Shown here: in pieces, positions 1-9,810 of the stretch
Layout: every line of letters begins with the position of its first letter
How positions within the stretch are numbered: position 1 is the first letter of the stretch
NCBI GenBank assembly: GCA_903926565.1
Contig: CAIYJU010000052.1
Span: 18,581 to 82,580, forward strand
Direction: 5' to 3'
Length of the DNA stretch: 64,000 nucleotides
Source of the DNA: an uncultured Bacteroidales bacterium
GTDB lineage: Bacteria > Bacteroidota > Bacteroidia > Bacteroidales > FEN-979
Translations under genes and position numbers: made by a program
Notes under the pieces: generated by a model
What the model was told of the DNA's origin: nothing
Databases searched by the model: none
The model's input: only the letters and a program-made list of their open reading frames with translations

Positions 1-183
1 GCCTGGATGATCAACGACCGCCCGGAGGCTATTGCAAACCAGGTAAAAAGTGATGTGCATTCACCGGCGAAATTCAGGGTACTTGGCCCCCTGGCAAACA
101 TCCCGGAGTTTTATGCAGCCTTTGATATTAAGGAGGGAGATGCCATGAAACGGGCAGACAGCCTTCGGGTGAAAATCTGGTAG
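1..183 (+). CDS. M13-family metallopeptidase (PepO/neprilysin-like), C-terminal fragment; the start lies upstream of the window
   Basis: The frame-1 translation AWMINDRPEAIANQVKSDVHSPAKFRVLGPLANIPEFYAAFDIKEGDAMKRADSLRVKIW* matches the conserved C-terminus of M13 peptidases (NxPEFxxAFxCK...IW). Confidence 0.6.
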   Translation, partial: AWMINDRPEAIANQVKSDVHSPAKFRVLGPLANIPEFYAAFDIKEGDAMKRADSLRVKIW

Positions 184-186
184 CCG

Positions 187-1314
187 TTATACTGCGTGTT
201 TTTTTTCTGAAAGTTTTTTCAGTGCCTTTTCAACAAGCCAACCTGTAACCAATGTGGCAGTGGTGACAAGGATAAACCAGGCTGCAAACTGGAAAAGGTC
301 CTGGGTGCGATAGAGCCATGTTGCAAGGTTCCCGATGATCAGCCACTGTATGACGTACAGGCTGGTCACTTTCCGGCCAATCCACTTAATAAACATCACC
401 ACTCCCTGTTCTCCATATATAATCTCAGTTAATTTCACCAGTACCAGGTAGGAGATCATAAAGAGGAGTGTCCATATGAAAAAGAGAATGCCGTGATGGT
501 AGTAACCTCCGGGTCCTGACAGGTTATGCGTTATGACAGAAGCATAGGGAATGGTTATCATAATGGCAATCCATAAGGGAATGATGTAAAGAAGTTGCTT
601 TTGAACATCAAACCGGTTCAAAAACGGGATCTGAAATAATAACAGGTGAAATGCATAGCCGGCAAGGACATATCCGAGCCATGGAAAAACCGGGAAATAA
701 GACCATTCTGACGTTCCCCAAAAAAACGCCGTGATATACACACCCACGGTGCCGGAGGAGGCAATTTTGTTTAACAACGGAGTGATTCCTGCAACAAGCA
801 GTGCAGCGGAGAGATATAACCAGCCATTATGTTTAAGGATCAAACGCAGCAAACCGGTAAAAATCAAACTGAGCCCTGCAAGTGTCAGTATATCCGCCCC
901 CATGATGAAAAACCAGGGATCGAGTGTTGTTTCACCCCGGATGATCTCTATCAGTAAATGTCCTGAACGTCCGATGTTCAGGAATATACCTGCCAGAAAT
1001 AACAATCCGCCGCGTTTAAGAAAATAGGCAAGCGGTTTCTCCGAAAATGCCAGGAAATAGCCCATCACAGCCAGAAATACCGGGGCACAGGCCGGCCCCC
1101 CAAGGAACATGGAGACTTTCCCGATCACACTTCCATGGGTATCGGTTGTAACAAACTGCTCCATGATGTGCACCTGGATCATCAAAAGCACAGCCAGCCC
1201 CTTTAAAAGGTCGGCCGTACCATCCCGGTAAGGCCGGTTGCGGTCCGGTTCACGGGAAAAAACAACAGGGGAAGCGTCAGAATCCGCTTTTTCAATCATA
1301 TGGAGTATTAGCAA
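187..1314 (-). CDS. polytopic membrane protein, acyltransferase-3 / HGSNAT-like (DUF1624/DUF5009-type)
   Basis: 375-aa ORF with about 10 predicted TM helices and an N-terminal LLKGLAVLLMIQVH motif typical of the heparan-alpha-glucosaminide N-acetyltransferase-like family. Confidence 0.45.
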   Translation of the reverse strand: MLILHMIEKADSDASPVVFSREPDRNRPYRDGTADLLKGLAVLLMIQVHIMEQFVTTDTHGSVIGKVSMFLGGPACAPVFLAVMGYFLAFSEKPLAYFLKRGGLLFLAGIFLNIGRSGHLLIEIIRGETTLDPWFFIMGADILTLAGLSLIFTGLLRLILKHNGWLYLSAALLVAGITPLLNKIASSGTVGVYITAFFWGTSEWSYFPVFPWLGYVLAGYAFHLLLFQIPFLNRFDVQKQLLYIIPLWIAIMITIPYASVITHNLSGPGGYYHHGILFFIWTLLFMISYLVLVKLTEIIYGEQGVVMFIKWIGRKVTSLYVIQWLIIGNLATWLYRTQDLFQFAAWFILVTTATLVTGWLVEKALKKLSEKKHAV

Positions 1315-1549
1315 GAAAGCAAAAATATTGCTATTACATCTGCAGATCGTTATGAAATTTTACTAAAATGTTATAACTTTTTAACGTGAAAATTGTTATC
1401 GGCAGCTCCTCCTTTTTTTTAACCGCAAAGAGGCTAAGGCGCAAAACAGGGATTCAGGGCGCTTTTTTTTGTCTTTGCGCCTTCACGGTGGAAAATTAAA
1501 ATAATTCCTGTAATTTCGTGACTGTTCATTAACCCGGAAAATATCAAAC

Positions 1550-2197
1550 ATGAACAAAATCATCCTTTCAATCTGCCTTGCAATGATCATGACCGGTAGT
1601 TTTGGTCAGACGCTGAATCTGAGGTTTGGCCCGTCATTCTCAAATCTTAACTGGAATAAATCCGGTGCTGACGATTACATCTTTGATGAAGGTATCATCG
1701 GGTTTAACTTCCTGCTTGGGCTGGATTACCTTGACTTCAGGTATTTCAACCTGACATCCAACATCGGTATTTTACAGAAAGGGGGCACCGGCTCACTGAC
1801 CGATTTACAAAACCCGGAAGGCATAACCGAATCATCGGCAACCACCATCCTGAATTATGTCACGTTTAATACAATGTTTGTAGCCAAACTTCCGGTGAAG
1901 GACCTGGTGGTCCCGTTTATTCATATCGGGCCACGGCTTGATTACCTGGTAAGTTATTCGCAAACATTCAATCTTTTTTCTCAATTCACCGAAACCGACC
2001 AGCTGAATAAAACCATGTACGGCCTGGTTGCAGGTGCGGGTGTTGATTTTAAGATTAAACGGTTTAAAATCGGGATCGTGGTCGACTATTATAAGAACTT
2101 CAATAAAATTGTCGATTACACCTCAGATTCGGGCAAAACGGATCAAATTGATGATCATACTTTCACCCTGAATTTCCAGGCAGGATACAAATTCTAA
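1550..2197 (+). CDS. outer-membrane beta-barrel (porin-family) protein
   Basis: Signal peptide MNKIILSICLAMIMTGSFGQ, an alternating amphipathic pattern, and a C-terminal aromatic ending ...QAGYKF. Confidence 0.55.
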   Translation: MNKIILSICLAMIMTGSFGQTLNLRFGPSFSNLNWNKSGADDYIFDEGIIGFNFLLGLDYLDFRYFNLTSNIGILQKGGTGSLTDLQNPEGITESSATTILNYVTFNTMFVAKLPVKDLVVPFIHIGPRLDYLVSYSQTFNLFSQFTETDQLNKTMYGLVAGAGVDFKIKRFKIGIVVDYYKNFNKIVDYTSDSGKTDQIDDHTFTLNFQAGYKF

Positions 2198-2234
2198 ATA
2201 GATTCGTATATTTGTTTGATATTCAATCCTGATC

Positions 2235-4706
2235 ATGCAAATAGTAATAAAATCCATGAAGTCTGTTGCCATTATGACCTTGATTTGCACCCTGTGGTTA
2301 CATGGCATTTCATTGCTTGCTCAGAATACCGATGCTCCGCCAACCGTTCAGGATTGCCTCGGAGCCATCCCGGTATGCCAGCCAATCTATACAACCACAA
2401 CATCCTATACCGGACATGGAAATGTCTATCCTGAAATCAGGAACAACAGCGTTTGCCCGCTCTGCATGGATGGCGAAAAAAATGATGTCTTTTATGTGAT
2501 CACGGTGCAGACAAGCGGAGTCCTGCGGTTCACGCTCACACCAAACAATCCTTCGAACGACTACGATTGGTCCCTGTTTAACATGACCAATGCAGGATGC
2601 GACCAGATATACATCAATGCATCAACACTTCAGGTGAGCTGCAACTCTTATGGTATTACCGGTACAAATGGTCCGACCGGCATCAACACTTTGCTTGGGA
2701 ATAATCTGAATTGCAACGGTCCCGGTCTATCCGGAAAGAAATTCAATAAAGATCTCGCAGTACTTACAGGCCAAACCTACGTTCTCAATGTGAGCAACTG
2801 GTCACCGACAAACCAATCGGGATATACCCTTGATTTCAGCGGGTCAACCGCTTCCATCTTCGACATCACTCCGGCAACGATCGACTCCATCCAGCAAACC
2901 GTTTCGTGCGCCGGTTCCGACAGCCTTTTTGTGCAGTTCTCCGAAAACATGAAATGTGTCGACCTCTTTCACAAACCTGAAAAATTCAGCCTGACAGGTC
3001 CGGCCGGAACCTACACCATTACCGATGTTACTTCTGTGGATTGCAGGACAGGCGCCACCAACGGCAGGAGCTGTAGCCTGAAAACCAACCCGGTGCTTTC
3101 AGCAGGCAGCTATACGCTGCATATCACCGGTGATATCCGCGATCTTTGCGATAACCTTTGTGTTTACCAGGATTACCCCTTCCAGTTAACTGAAATCAAT
3201 GCGCCGGTTGTTTCTGCCGGCAACGATACCACGGTTGCCAATGGCGCAATCATCACGCTTCACGGGGCCGTTTCAGGGGGTGCAAGTCCATACACATACC
3301 ATTGGGAACCTGCAAATTTACTTACCAACCCTGCTGTTTTACAACCTGTTACCATAAACATGGGTGCCTCTGTCAATTTCATCATGAATGTGACAGACCA
3401 GGCAGGCTGCCATGGAACCTCCGACGTTTTGGTTACCGTTGTTGGCGGGCCTTTGGGTGTATTTGCAGCGGCATCCCCCGGGACTATCTGTGCAGGTTCT
3501 TCCGCGGCACTGAATGCCATGGTATCCGGCGGAAGCGGTAACTATGCTTTTTCATGGTCATCAAATCCACCGGGGTTTACTTCTGCTCTTCCTAACCCCA
3601 CTGTTTTCCCGGTATCTACCACCACATACACCGTTCAAATCAGCGATGGTTTCAGCAATGTTTCCGGAACTGCGACAGTCATTGTAAACCCAAAGCCCAT
3701 CGCCGGTGCGGGTTCAAACACCAGCATCCCTTATGGCACAAACGCCACGCTGAATGGAACAGCATCCGGCGGGTCGGGAAATTACAGCGCTTACTGGACA
3801 TCAAGTCCCCCCGGTTTTTCATCGGCAAGCCTTATCGCCCAGGTCACCAACCTGACAGTGACTTCCATCTTCACTCTAACCGTCACCGACAATATCACCG
3901 GATGCATCAGTGAAGCGGCTCAGGTGATGGTTTCTGTTACCGGGAGCCCGCTGGCATGCAATCCGGTTGCAAACCCGGCGGTCATGTGCCAGGGGGAGCG
4001 CACCACGCTGCATCCCATGGTTGGAGGAGGCTCAGGAAGTTACACCTACACCTGGACCTCAACACCTCCGGGATTTACCTCGAATGAATCCGATCCGCAG
4101 GTTGTTCCGGATGAGACCACAAACTACATGCTCACCATCTTCGATGGGTTTAACCATGCATCCGGGGTCGTGAATGTGCATGTAAAGCCACTCCCGCTGA
4201 TACTCAACTGGCCTGCCGACACCACTGCCTGCATCTACCAGAAGCTCATCCTCGACGCCGGTAATCCGGGTTCCGCCTACTACTGGTCGAATGGAGCGAC
4301 GACGCAAACGATCGAAGTTGAAACCACCGGCCTTGGTTACGATGTGCAGACTTACCGCGTTAAGGTACTTAATGAATATGGTTGTGTTGATTCGGCAGAT
4401 TCCAGGGTAAGTTTCTCCTTCTCGGCTTGCACTGCAATTGAAGAGGTGCTGCCGGAAGGGTCCCTGAGAATCTATCCCAACCCCGGCAACTCAAAACTGC
4501 ATCTCGAAATCAGGTATCCGTGTCAGCTAATGGAAGTGGTCATCTCCACCATCGTCGGTGAACCTGTGCTGACCGACCGGATTGATCTCTCCGCAGGTGT
4601 AATGGTTGACCGTGAGTATGACCTATCCCCGTTTGCAAAAGGGCTTTACCTGGTTACGCTGAAAAGCAATGTAATTTCAAGAACGCTGAAATTTATCAAT
4701 CGTTAA
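2235..4706 (+). CDS. T9SS-secreted surface protein with tandem SprB-type repeats and a C-terminal T9SS sorting domain; the likely true start is MKSVAIM at 2256
   Basis: Signal peptide; at least 4 repeats of G-G-(A/S)-(S/G)-x-Y-x-(Y/F)-x-W...PPGF (SprB-repeat-like); C-terminus ...LRIYPNPGNSKLHLEI...KGLYLVTLKSNVISRTLKFINR is typical of Por_Secre_tail. Confidence 0.8.
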   Translation: MQIVIKSMKSVAIMTLICTLWLHGISLLAQNTDAPPTVQDCLGAIPVCQPIYTTTTSYTGHGNVYPEIRNNSVCPLCMDGEKNDVFYVITVQTSGVLRFTLTPNNPSNDYDWSLFNMTNAGCDQIYINASTLQVSCNSYGITGTNGPTGINTLLGNNLNCNGPGLSGKKFNKDLAVLTGQTYVLNVSNWSPTNQSGYTLDFSGSTASIFDITPATIDSIQQTVSCAGSDSLFVQFSENMKCVDLFHKPEKFSLTGPAGTYTITDVTSVDCRTGATNGRSCSLKTNPVLSAGSYTLHITGDIRDLCDNLCVYQDYPFQLTEINAPVVSAGNDTTVANGAIITLHGAVSGGASPYTYHWEPANLLTNPAVLQPVTINMGASVNFIMNVTDQAGCHGTSDVLVTVVGGPLGVFAAASPGTICAGSSAALNAMVSGGSGNYAFSWSSNPPGFTSALPNPTVFPVSTTTYTVQISDGFSNVSGTATVIVNPKPIAGAGSNTSIPYGTNATLNGTASGGSGNYSAYWTSSPPGFSSASLIAQVTNLTVTSIFTLTVTDNITGCISEAAQVMVSVTGSPLACNPVANPAVMCQGERTTLHPMVGGGSGSYTYTWTSTPPGFTSNESDPQVVPDETTNYMLTIFDGFNHASGVVNVHVKPLPLILNWPADTTACIYQKLILDAGNPGSAYYWSNGATTQTIEVETTGLGYDVQTYRVKVLNEYGCVDSADSRVSFSFSACTAIEEVLPEGSLRIYPNPGNSKLHLEIRYPCQLMEVVISTIVGEPVLTDRIDLSAGVMVDREYDLSPFAKGLYLVTLKSNVISRTLKFINR

Positions 4707-4775
4707 ACCTCCCCGCTACAAATCAGCAAGGTGTCAAAATTGACAATCACTATAAGAAATTTCAGGTATTTTACC

Positions 4776-6173
4776 TTATTCTTTGATGAGTTCAATGCTC
4801 TTTAAAGAACGGCCTGTAATGATTCTAAGCAAATACATCCCCGTCGGCAGTCCTGAAAAATCCTCACGTTCTATGTGTTTTCCGGTAAAAATTGCACATC
4901 CCGTGCTGTTCGTCAGCAAATAATCTTCATTCCCTGCCGCTCCTTTTATCCGAATATGATTTTTAAACGGGTTCGGAAAAGGTACCAGGGAATTATTACC
5001 CGGGTCAGCAGGTCCAGGGATGCTGGTCGGCAGATCCAGTCCGATACCCGTATCACATTTCCTGAGGCGGTAAGTACGTTCAGGCCCGCTTCGTTCGCTG
5101 ACTTCCGTATAATAAACCAGCAATGAATCGCTTGTGGCCAGTGTTTCAGGATCAGTACGGATACCTGCTACCGAATCGGAAACCATCCTGTAAAACGGGT
5201 TGATGCTGTCTATTTTTGCAATCCAAATTTCGCCGGGAACATTGGCTGTTTCAAATTCTGACGAAGATGCCATAAAGGTAATGTAGGATTGTCCGTTATA
5301 CACACAAGGTTCCGGGGATCCAAATTTATTGTAGGCAGGATTGGCGGATGGGCTGGTGAACGTCATATACAACCCATAGTTGTTGCTGTTGGGAGTGACT
5401 TCTTTGAACACCTGCAACTCTTCCCCGTTAGCGACCGCAAATAACATCCGTGCATTCTGATGTTCCGGCGCATGCCAGTTAAAGGGACGTGAATAGTGTT
5501 TATTGTAATCAAATGTCAGCTGAACCGGTATGGCAGGACTCGACGGATCAAACAGCCCCACCTGGTGATTACCCTTCAGGATCCCGGTTATAATCTGCTC
5601 ATCACTGCCCCAGTGCGCATCTTTGAAATCGTGAACCCAGTATTCGTGCGCCGGATTGTTGATGTATTTATATTTGGTGTAATTGGTCAGCATTGTTGAC
5701 ACATAGTGAATGGCAACAAAGGAGTCGGCCGGGTTTCTTGACGCATGCGGGTTCATCCGGTGCGGGGCATCGGTGAGGGTACACAGTGACCACGCCGAAC
5801 CATTCTCAGCTGCTACCGCCACGTACCGCTTTCTGTCAGTTTCCTTATTATACACGATGTAGGTCCCGTTCAGATCGTACCCCCATTCACCACTGTTCGA
5901 GGTAACATCAATAGAGGTGAGTAAACTGTCGACAAGAATCTCTCTGCCATCAGGAACTGTCAGTGACCAGGTGGTGGTGTCAAGATGGCACACCCACAAT
6001 TTGTTTTCATCCGGGGACTGGAAGCAGAGCCTTTTTTTAAACGGATCGATTTCAATATCACAAATTTTTGCACTCCGGCTGCTCACCAATACATCATGAA
6101 TGGCAAATGACTGAGACCTGCCCTGCAAAATAATGACTACCAACAAAAGGAAAAATACAAATCTGAATACCAT
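4776..6173 (-). CDS. T9SS C-terminal-domain protein of unknown function (possibly beta-propeller)
   Basis: Signal peptide and a C-terminal ...LVPFPNPFKNHIRIKG...GMYLLRIITGRSLKSIELIKE sorting domain. Confidence 0.7.
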   Translation of the reverse strand: MVFRFVFFLLLVVIILQGRSQSFAIHDVLVSSRSAKICDIEIDPFKKRLCFQSPDENKLWVCHLDTTTWSLTVPDGREILVDSLLTSIDVTSNSGEWGYDLNGTYIVYNKETDRKRYVAVAAENGSAWSLCTLTDAPHRMNPHASRNPADSFVAIHYVSTMLTNYTKYKYINNPAHEYWVHDFKDAHWGSDEQIITGILKGNHQVGLFDPSSPAIPVQLTFDYNKHYSRPFNWHAPEHQNARMLFAVANGEELQVFKEVTPNSNNYGLYMTFTSPSANPAYNKFGSPEPCVYNGQSYITFMASSSEFETANVPGEIWIAKIDSINPFYRMVSDSVAGIRTDPETLATSDSLLVYYTEVSERSGPERTYRLRKCDTGIGLDLPTSIPGPADPGNNSLVPFPNPFKNHIRIKGAAGNEDYLLTNSTGCAIFTGKHIEREDFSGLPTGMYLLRIITGRSLKSIELIKE

Positions 6174-6469
6174 GCCGATATATACAGGAATCTCTCTTAA
6201 CCGTTAATTCACAGATTCTTAACAGGTAACCGGTAAAAACAAGAGACTCTCAGAATACCAATTTTGAGATGCCTGGTAAGGGGATGATTTGTTAGTTCAC
6301 GGGAAAAGAATCAAATGAGTAAGCAAATATAGAATTTTATTTTCTATTTTATTTTAATCTGGACAAAATATTAATAGTTGTCAAATGATTTAAATATTAC
6401 AAAGATCAGATTCCTTATCTTATTTTTGTTCTGGGAACCAAATAAACCAAAAACGTTAAAAAAAAACTT

Positions 6470-7303
6470 ATGAAAAAATTTACATTTTTTGCCATTATGA
6501 TTGCTGCCTTAACACTGGGATTTCAATTAAGCAGCACGGCGCAAACCTTGCTGGAGGAGAACTTCGACTATCCAGCAAATGATCTGATCACTGCGCATGG
6601 CTGGACAGCTCACTCAGGTGCAAATTCTCAGCCAATCACCGTTGTTGCCCCCGGGCTTACATTTCCCGGTTATATTGCTTCCGGCATCGGCAATGCTGCA
6701 CTTGCTGATAATACAGGAGAAGACGATCATAAAACATTCGCGACCCAAACAACAGGGACAATCTATTCCTCAATGATGGTAAAGGTTACAACCACCTCAC
6801 TGGGGTATTTTTTCCATTTTGGCTTAAATCCGAATACAACATCTTTCAGGGGAAAATTATTCATGGATGCCACCAACCATTTTGGTATCAGCTTTACCAA
6901 TAATACCGGCACCTATGCTACTTCAACCTTTACACCCGGAACAACCTACCTCTTGGTAACGAAATATGAAATTGTCCCCGGAACCAATAATGACAAGGTA
7001 AGCCTTTTTGTATTTAACGGAACCATACCACTTTCGGAACCGGCAGCTACAGTAGGTCCCATTACCGAACCCACACAGTTGGACATCAATCCTGGTTCAG
7101 TTGGCATCCGTCAGTATTCAGCCACTCAGAATGTGACAGTTGACGGTATCAGAGTTGCCACAACATGGTCTGCCTTGTTGCCTCCTCCTCCGGCACCCAT
7201 CCCCACCGCATCAGAATGGGGCCTCATCTTTATGTTTGTAGCCCTGCTCAGCATTGGTGCAATCTATATCATGAGGAGAAGAAATTCGGAGTTATCGGTG
7301 TAA
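6470..7303 (+). CDS. secreted protein with an IPTL-CTERM-type C-terminal sorting signal
   Basis: Signal peptide MKKFTFFAIMIAALTLGFQLSSTAQ. The C-terminus is PPPPAP-IPTASEWGLIFMFVALLSIGAIYIMRRRNS: an IPTxSEWG motif, then a TM helix, then an RRR cluster. Confidence 0.65.
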   Translation: MKKFTFFAIMIAALTLGFQLSSTAQTLLEENFDYPANDLITAHGWTAHSGANSQPITVVAPGLTFPGYIASGIGNAALADNTGEDDHKTFATQTTGTIYSSMMVKVTTTSLGYFFHFGLNPNTTSFRGKLFMDATNHFGISFTNNTGTYATSTFTPGTTYLLVTKYEIVPGTNNDKVSLFVFNGTIPLSEPAATVGPITEPTQLDINPGSVGIRQYSATQNVTVDGIRVATTWSALLPPPPAPIPTASEWGLIFMFVALLSIGAIYIMRRRNSELSV

Positions 7304-7325
7304 ACTGACTTCTCTTTTTACCGCG

Positions 7326-7376
7326 AAGGCGCCAGTACATGAAAATATGTAAAATTATTTTCATGTACTGGCGCCT
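7326..7376. terminator. 21-bp perfect inverted repeat (aaggcgccagtacatgaaaat / attttcatgtactggcgcctt) with a 9-nt loop, just downstream of the IPTL-CTERM gene
   Basis: The palindrome is visible directly in the sequence. Its position after the stop codon at 7303 suits a terminator, although the stem is unusually long. Confidence 0.55.
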
Positions 7377-7901
7377 TTGTATTGATAAAACTTTCAGTAC
7401 CGGATTGATCAGAAATTAACATCCCTTACACCTCCATACCTTTTAATGATCACAATCACCTAAATAGTTTCAACTTTGTAAGGTAATCCCCTACATAAGA
7501 ATCAGACATCCCCCTACAAGAAATTACCGTATCCTGTATATACCGGTCCAACTACATTGTTTATTTTTGGGTCATCTATCATGCTAACACTTTGTTTGTC
7601 TGAAATTTCAATAGCTATCCAATAAAATAAAAATAAAAAAACTGCTGATATACCTGCAACGTGCAGGTAACAATGCTCTTAGTCATTCTTGTTTCATGCC
7701 GGAAAGATATTACTGGGTACATTCCTGTCCCCCCGGTTCCTCCGGTGCCTCCTGCAACACCCCTGACTTAATAGACGAAAGCACCATACATGAGATGGTT
7801 GAAAACCCTGCTGAGGTTATTGAACCCGTTCAACCAAAATGATCGATTAAAGATTGTAACATGTCCATTATTTTAAAAAATGTCTAATTAAGGAAAACAA
7901 A

Positions 7902-9620
7902 ATGAAAACAAAAAAGAGTACATGGATTTACCTGATGGCGATGGGTTTTACCTTATTATTTAACAACAGCTGCAGCAAGGATGACAGTCCCGTGCCAACC
8001 AGCAGCAAAGTGCCCACAACAGTTGACAGGACTATTGTTCCCGCCTTTGTGCCTACAACTCCGGTGTTGTATCCTTATCAGATCAGTAAATTTTCCGAAT
8101 TCCCGGGTTACGGGAAATGGAGTTATGGTTCGGGGAATCCTTACCAAAAACGAGTGGATCTTATGCCAGCCGGATATACCGGGGCCTCTGTTACCCATTC
8201 GGCAAGACTTTTGAATTTCTTCACCATTACCGATATTCATATTACCGACGAAGAGACACCCACATCGGCTATTTACTATGGCTACAAGGGTAGTCTTATC
8301 GGGGGTTATTCTCCGGTATGTTTGCTGACAACCCGGGTACTTGATGCGGCTGTAAGGACAATTAACCTCATTCATAAAGAAAAAGCCTTTGATTTCGGTC
8401 TCTCTCTGGGTGATGCCTGCAATAATACACAATATAACGAATTAAGGTGGTATATCGATATTCTTGATGGAAAATGGATCGACCCCGATTCAGGTATTAA
8501 AGATGATCCCATTCCAGGACCAAATAATGACTACCAGGATCCATTCCAGGCACAGGGGCTCGACAAGTCGATTCCATGGTACCAGACACTGGGCAACCAC
8601 GATCATTTCTGGACAGGTCTGCTCAATCCAAATGACTATGCTAGATCGGTCTACGTTGGTGACGAAATACTCAACCTGTGCGATATCTATGAAAACTGGC
8701 ACAATCCTCAGCCCTTTGACACCCCCGGTATTTATATGGGTACAATAGACGGCACAACACCTACCGGTAACATTTTAGGAGTTGGTCCGGTTGGCAGCAT
8801 ACCTGTACCTGGAAAGATACCAGCCGATGCAAACCGCCGTTCCCTTAAGCCAAATGAGTGGATGGGGGAGTTTTTTAATACCACCTCGCAACCGTCCGGA
8901 CATGGATTCAGCCAGTCAAATGTTGCCAACAATTTCGCCTGTTATTCGTTTGAGCCAAAGGCGAATTTACCAATCAAGGTCATTGTGCTCGATGATACCC
9001 AGAGCAATGATAATATAAACTGGGAATTCTATGGACATGGCGAACTCTCCCCCGAACGCTGGAGCTGGCTTCAAAGTGAACTCAGGTCGGGCCAGGCTGA
9101 AGGCAAGCTCATGATCATTTCAGCGCACATCCCCATCGGCTTTGTGCCTGTTGGCGGAGATGCAGGCTGGTATGCACATAATCTTGGCCCGTCGCAGCAA
9201 GAGGTGCTCGATACCCTTAATTCCTATCCGAATCTTCTCATGTGGCTCTCGGGGCATCTGCATCTGAATGCCGTCACACCGATGCCATCACCCGATCCAA
9301 CCCATCCGGAACTGGGTTTCTGGGAGGTACAGACCAGTTCATTAAGGGATTTCACCCAGCAGTTCCGCATGTTTGATATCCAGCGTAACAGCGACAATAC
9401 GATTTCAATATTTACAACAGATGTTGACCCCATCATGGAGCCCGGCTCACTACCGGCATTATCGCGGTATTATACCGTTGCAAACTTCCAGATTACAACA
9501 ATCCAGCAGGGAGAAATCGTTTATCCTCCTTCAGGCGTTTATAATGCAGAACTTGTTAAATATCTGACTCCGGAAATGCAGGCTAAAATACAGAGCTACG
9601 GGACACCGATCAACAAGTAG
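7902..9620 (+). CDS. calcineurin-like metallophosphoesterase lipoprotein
   Basis: Lipoprotein signal (…LLFNNSC). Metallophosphoesterase motifs TITDIHITDEE, GDACNN, GNHDHFW and SAHIP, with a GHLH element near the C-terminus. Confidence 0.7.
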   Translation: MKTKKSTWIYLMAMGFTLLFNNSCSKDDSPVPTSSKVPTTVDRTIVPAFVPTTPVLYPYQISKFSEFPGYGKWSYGSGNPYQKRVDLMPAGYTGASVTHSARLLNFFTITDIHITDEETPTSAIYYGYKGSLIGGYSPVCLLTTRVLDAAVRTINLIHKEKAFDFGLSLGDACNNTQYNELRWYIDILDGKWIDPDSGIKDDPIPGPNNDYQDPFQAQGLDKSIPWYQTLGNHDHFWTGLLNPNDYARSVYVGDEILNLCDIYENWHNPQPFDTPGIYMGTIDGTTPTGNILGVGPVGSIPVPGKIPADANRRSLKPNEWMGEFFNTTSQPSGHGFSQSNVANNFACYSFEPKANLPIKVIVLDDTQSNDNINWEFYGHGELSPERWSWLQSELRSGQAEGKLMIISAHIPIGFVPVGGDAGWYAHNLGPSQQEVLDTLNSYPNLLMWLSGHLHLNAVTPMPSPDPTHPELGFWEVQTSSLRDFTQQFRMFDIQRNSDNTISIFTTDVDPIMEPGSLPALSRYYTVANFQITTIQQGEIVYPPSGVYNAELVKYLTPEMQAKIQSYGTPINK

Positions 9621-9760
9621 TGGAACACACGTGAAGGAACACGATGGGAAAAATAATGCGCACGGGAGCATTTCATGAACCGGGTAGCGGTATTTTGTCA
9701 AACTGAATGGGTAGATTTATTCCCGGGGTAAGTCGCAATATAATGCCAATCTGAAAAAAA

Positions 9761-9790
9761 AATCCGACCGCTCAGCAATCGGATTTTTTG
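9761..9790. terminator. bidirectional rho-independent terminator between convergent genes
   Basis: atccga-ccgctcagcaa-tcggat hairpin flanked by an A-run upstream and a T-run downstream. Confidence 0.5.
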
Positions 9791-9810
9791 ATTGCTAAAT
9801 TGTGAAATCG

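Noticed and set aside
731-1027. 98-aa ORF on the plus strand inside the acyltransferase gene. Many similar short antisense or overlapping ORFs appear in the track, for example 2123..2308, 3260..3520, 13729..14175, 27696..28190, 34016..34474 and 51864..52790.
   Set aside because: Each lies entirely inside a longer, well-supported gene on the opposite strand or in another frame. They show low-complexity or odd composition and no recognisable motifs, so they are treated as frame-shadow ORFs.
2235-4706. Whether the GGSGxYxYxW repeats represent a CRISPR-like or DNA-level tandem array.
   Set aside because: The periodicity is at the protein-domain level (SprB-type repeats, roughly 80-100 aa) with diverged DNA. 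It is not a nucleotide repeat feature.
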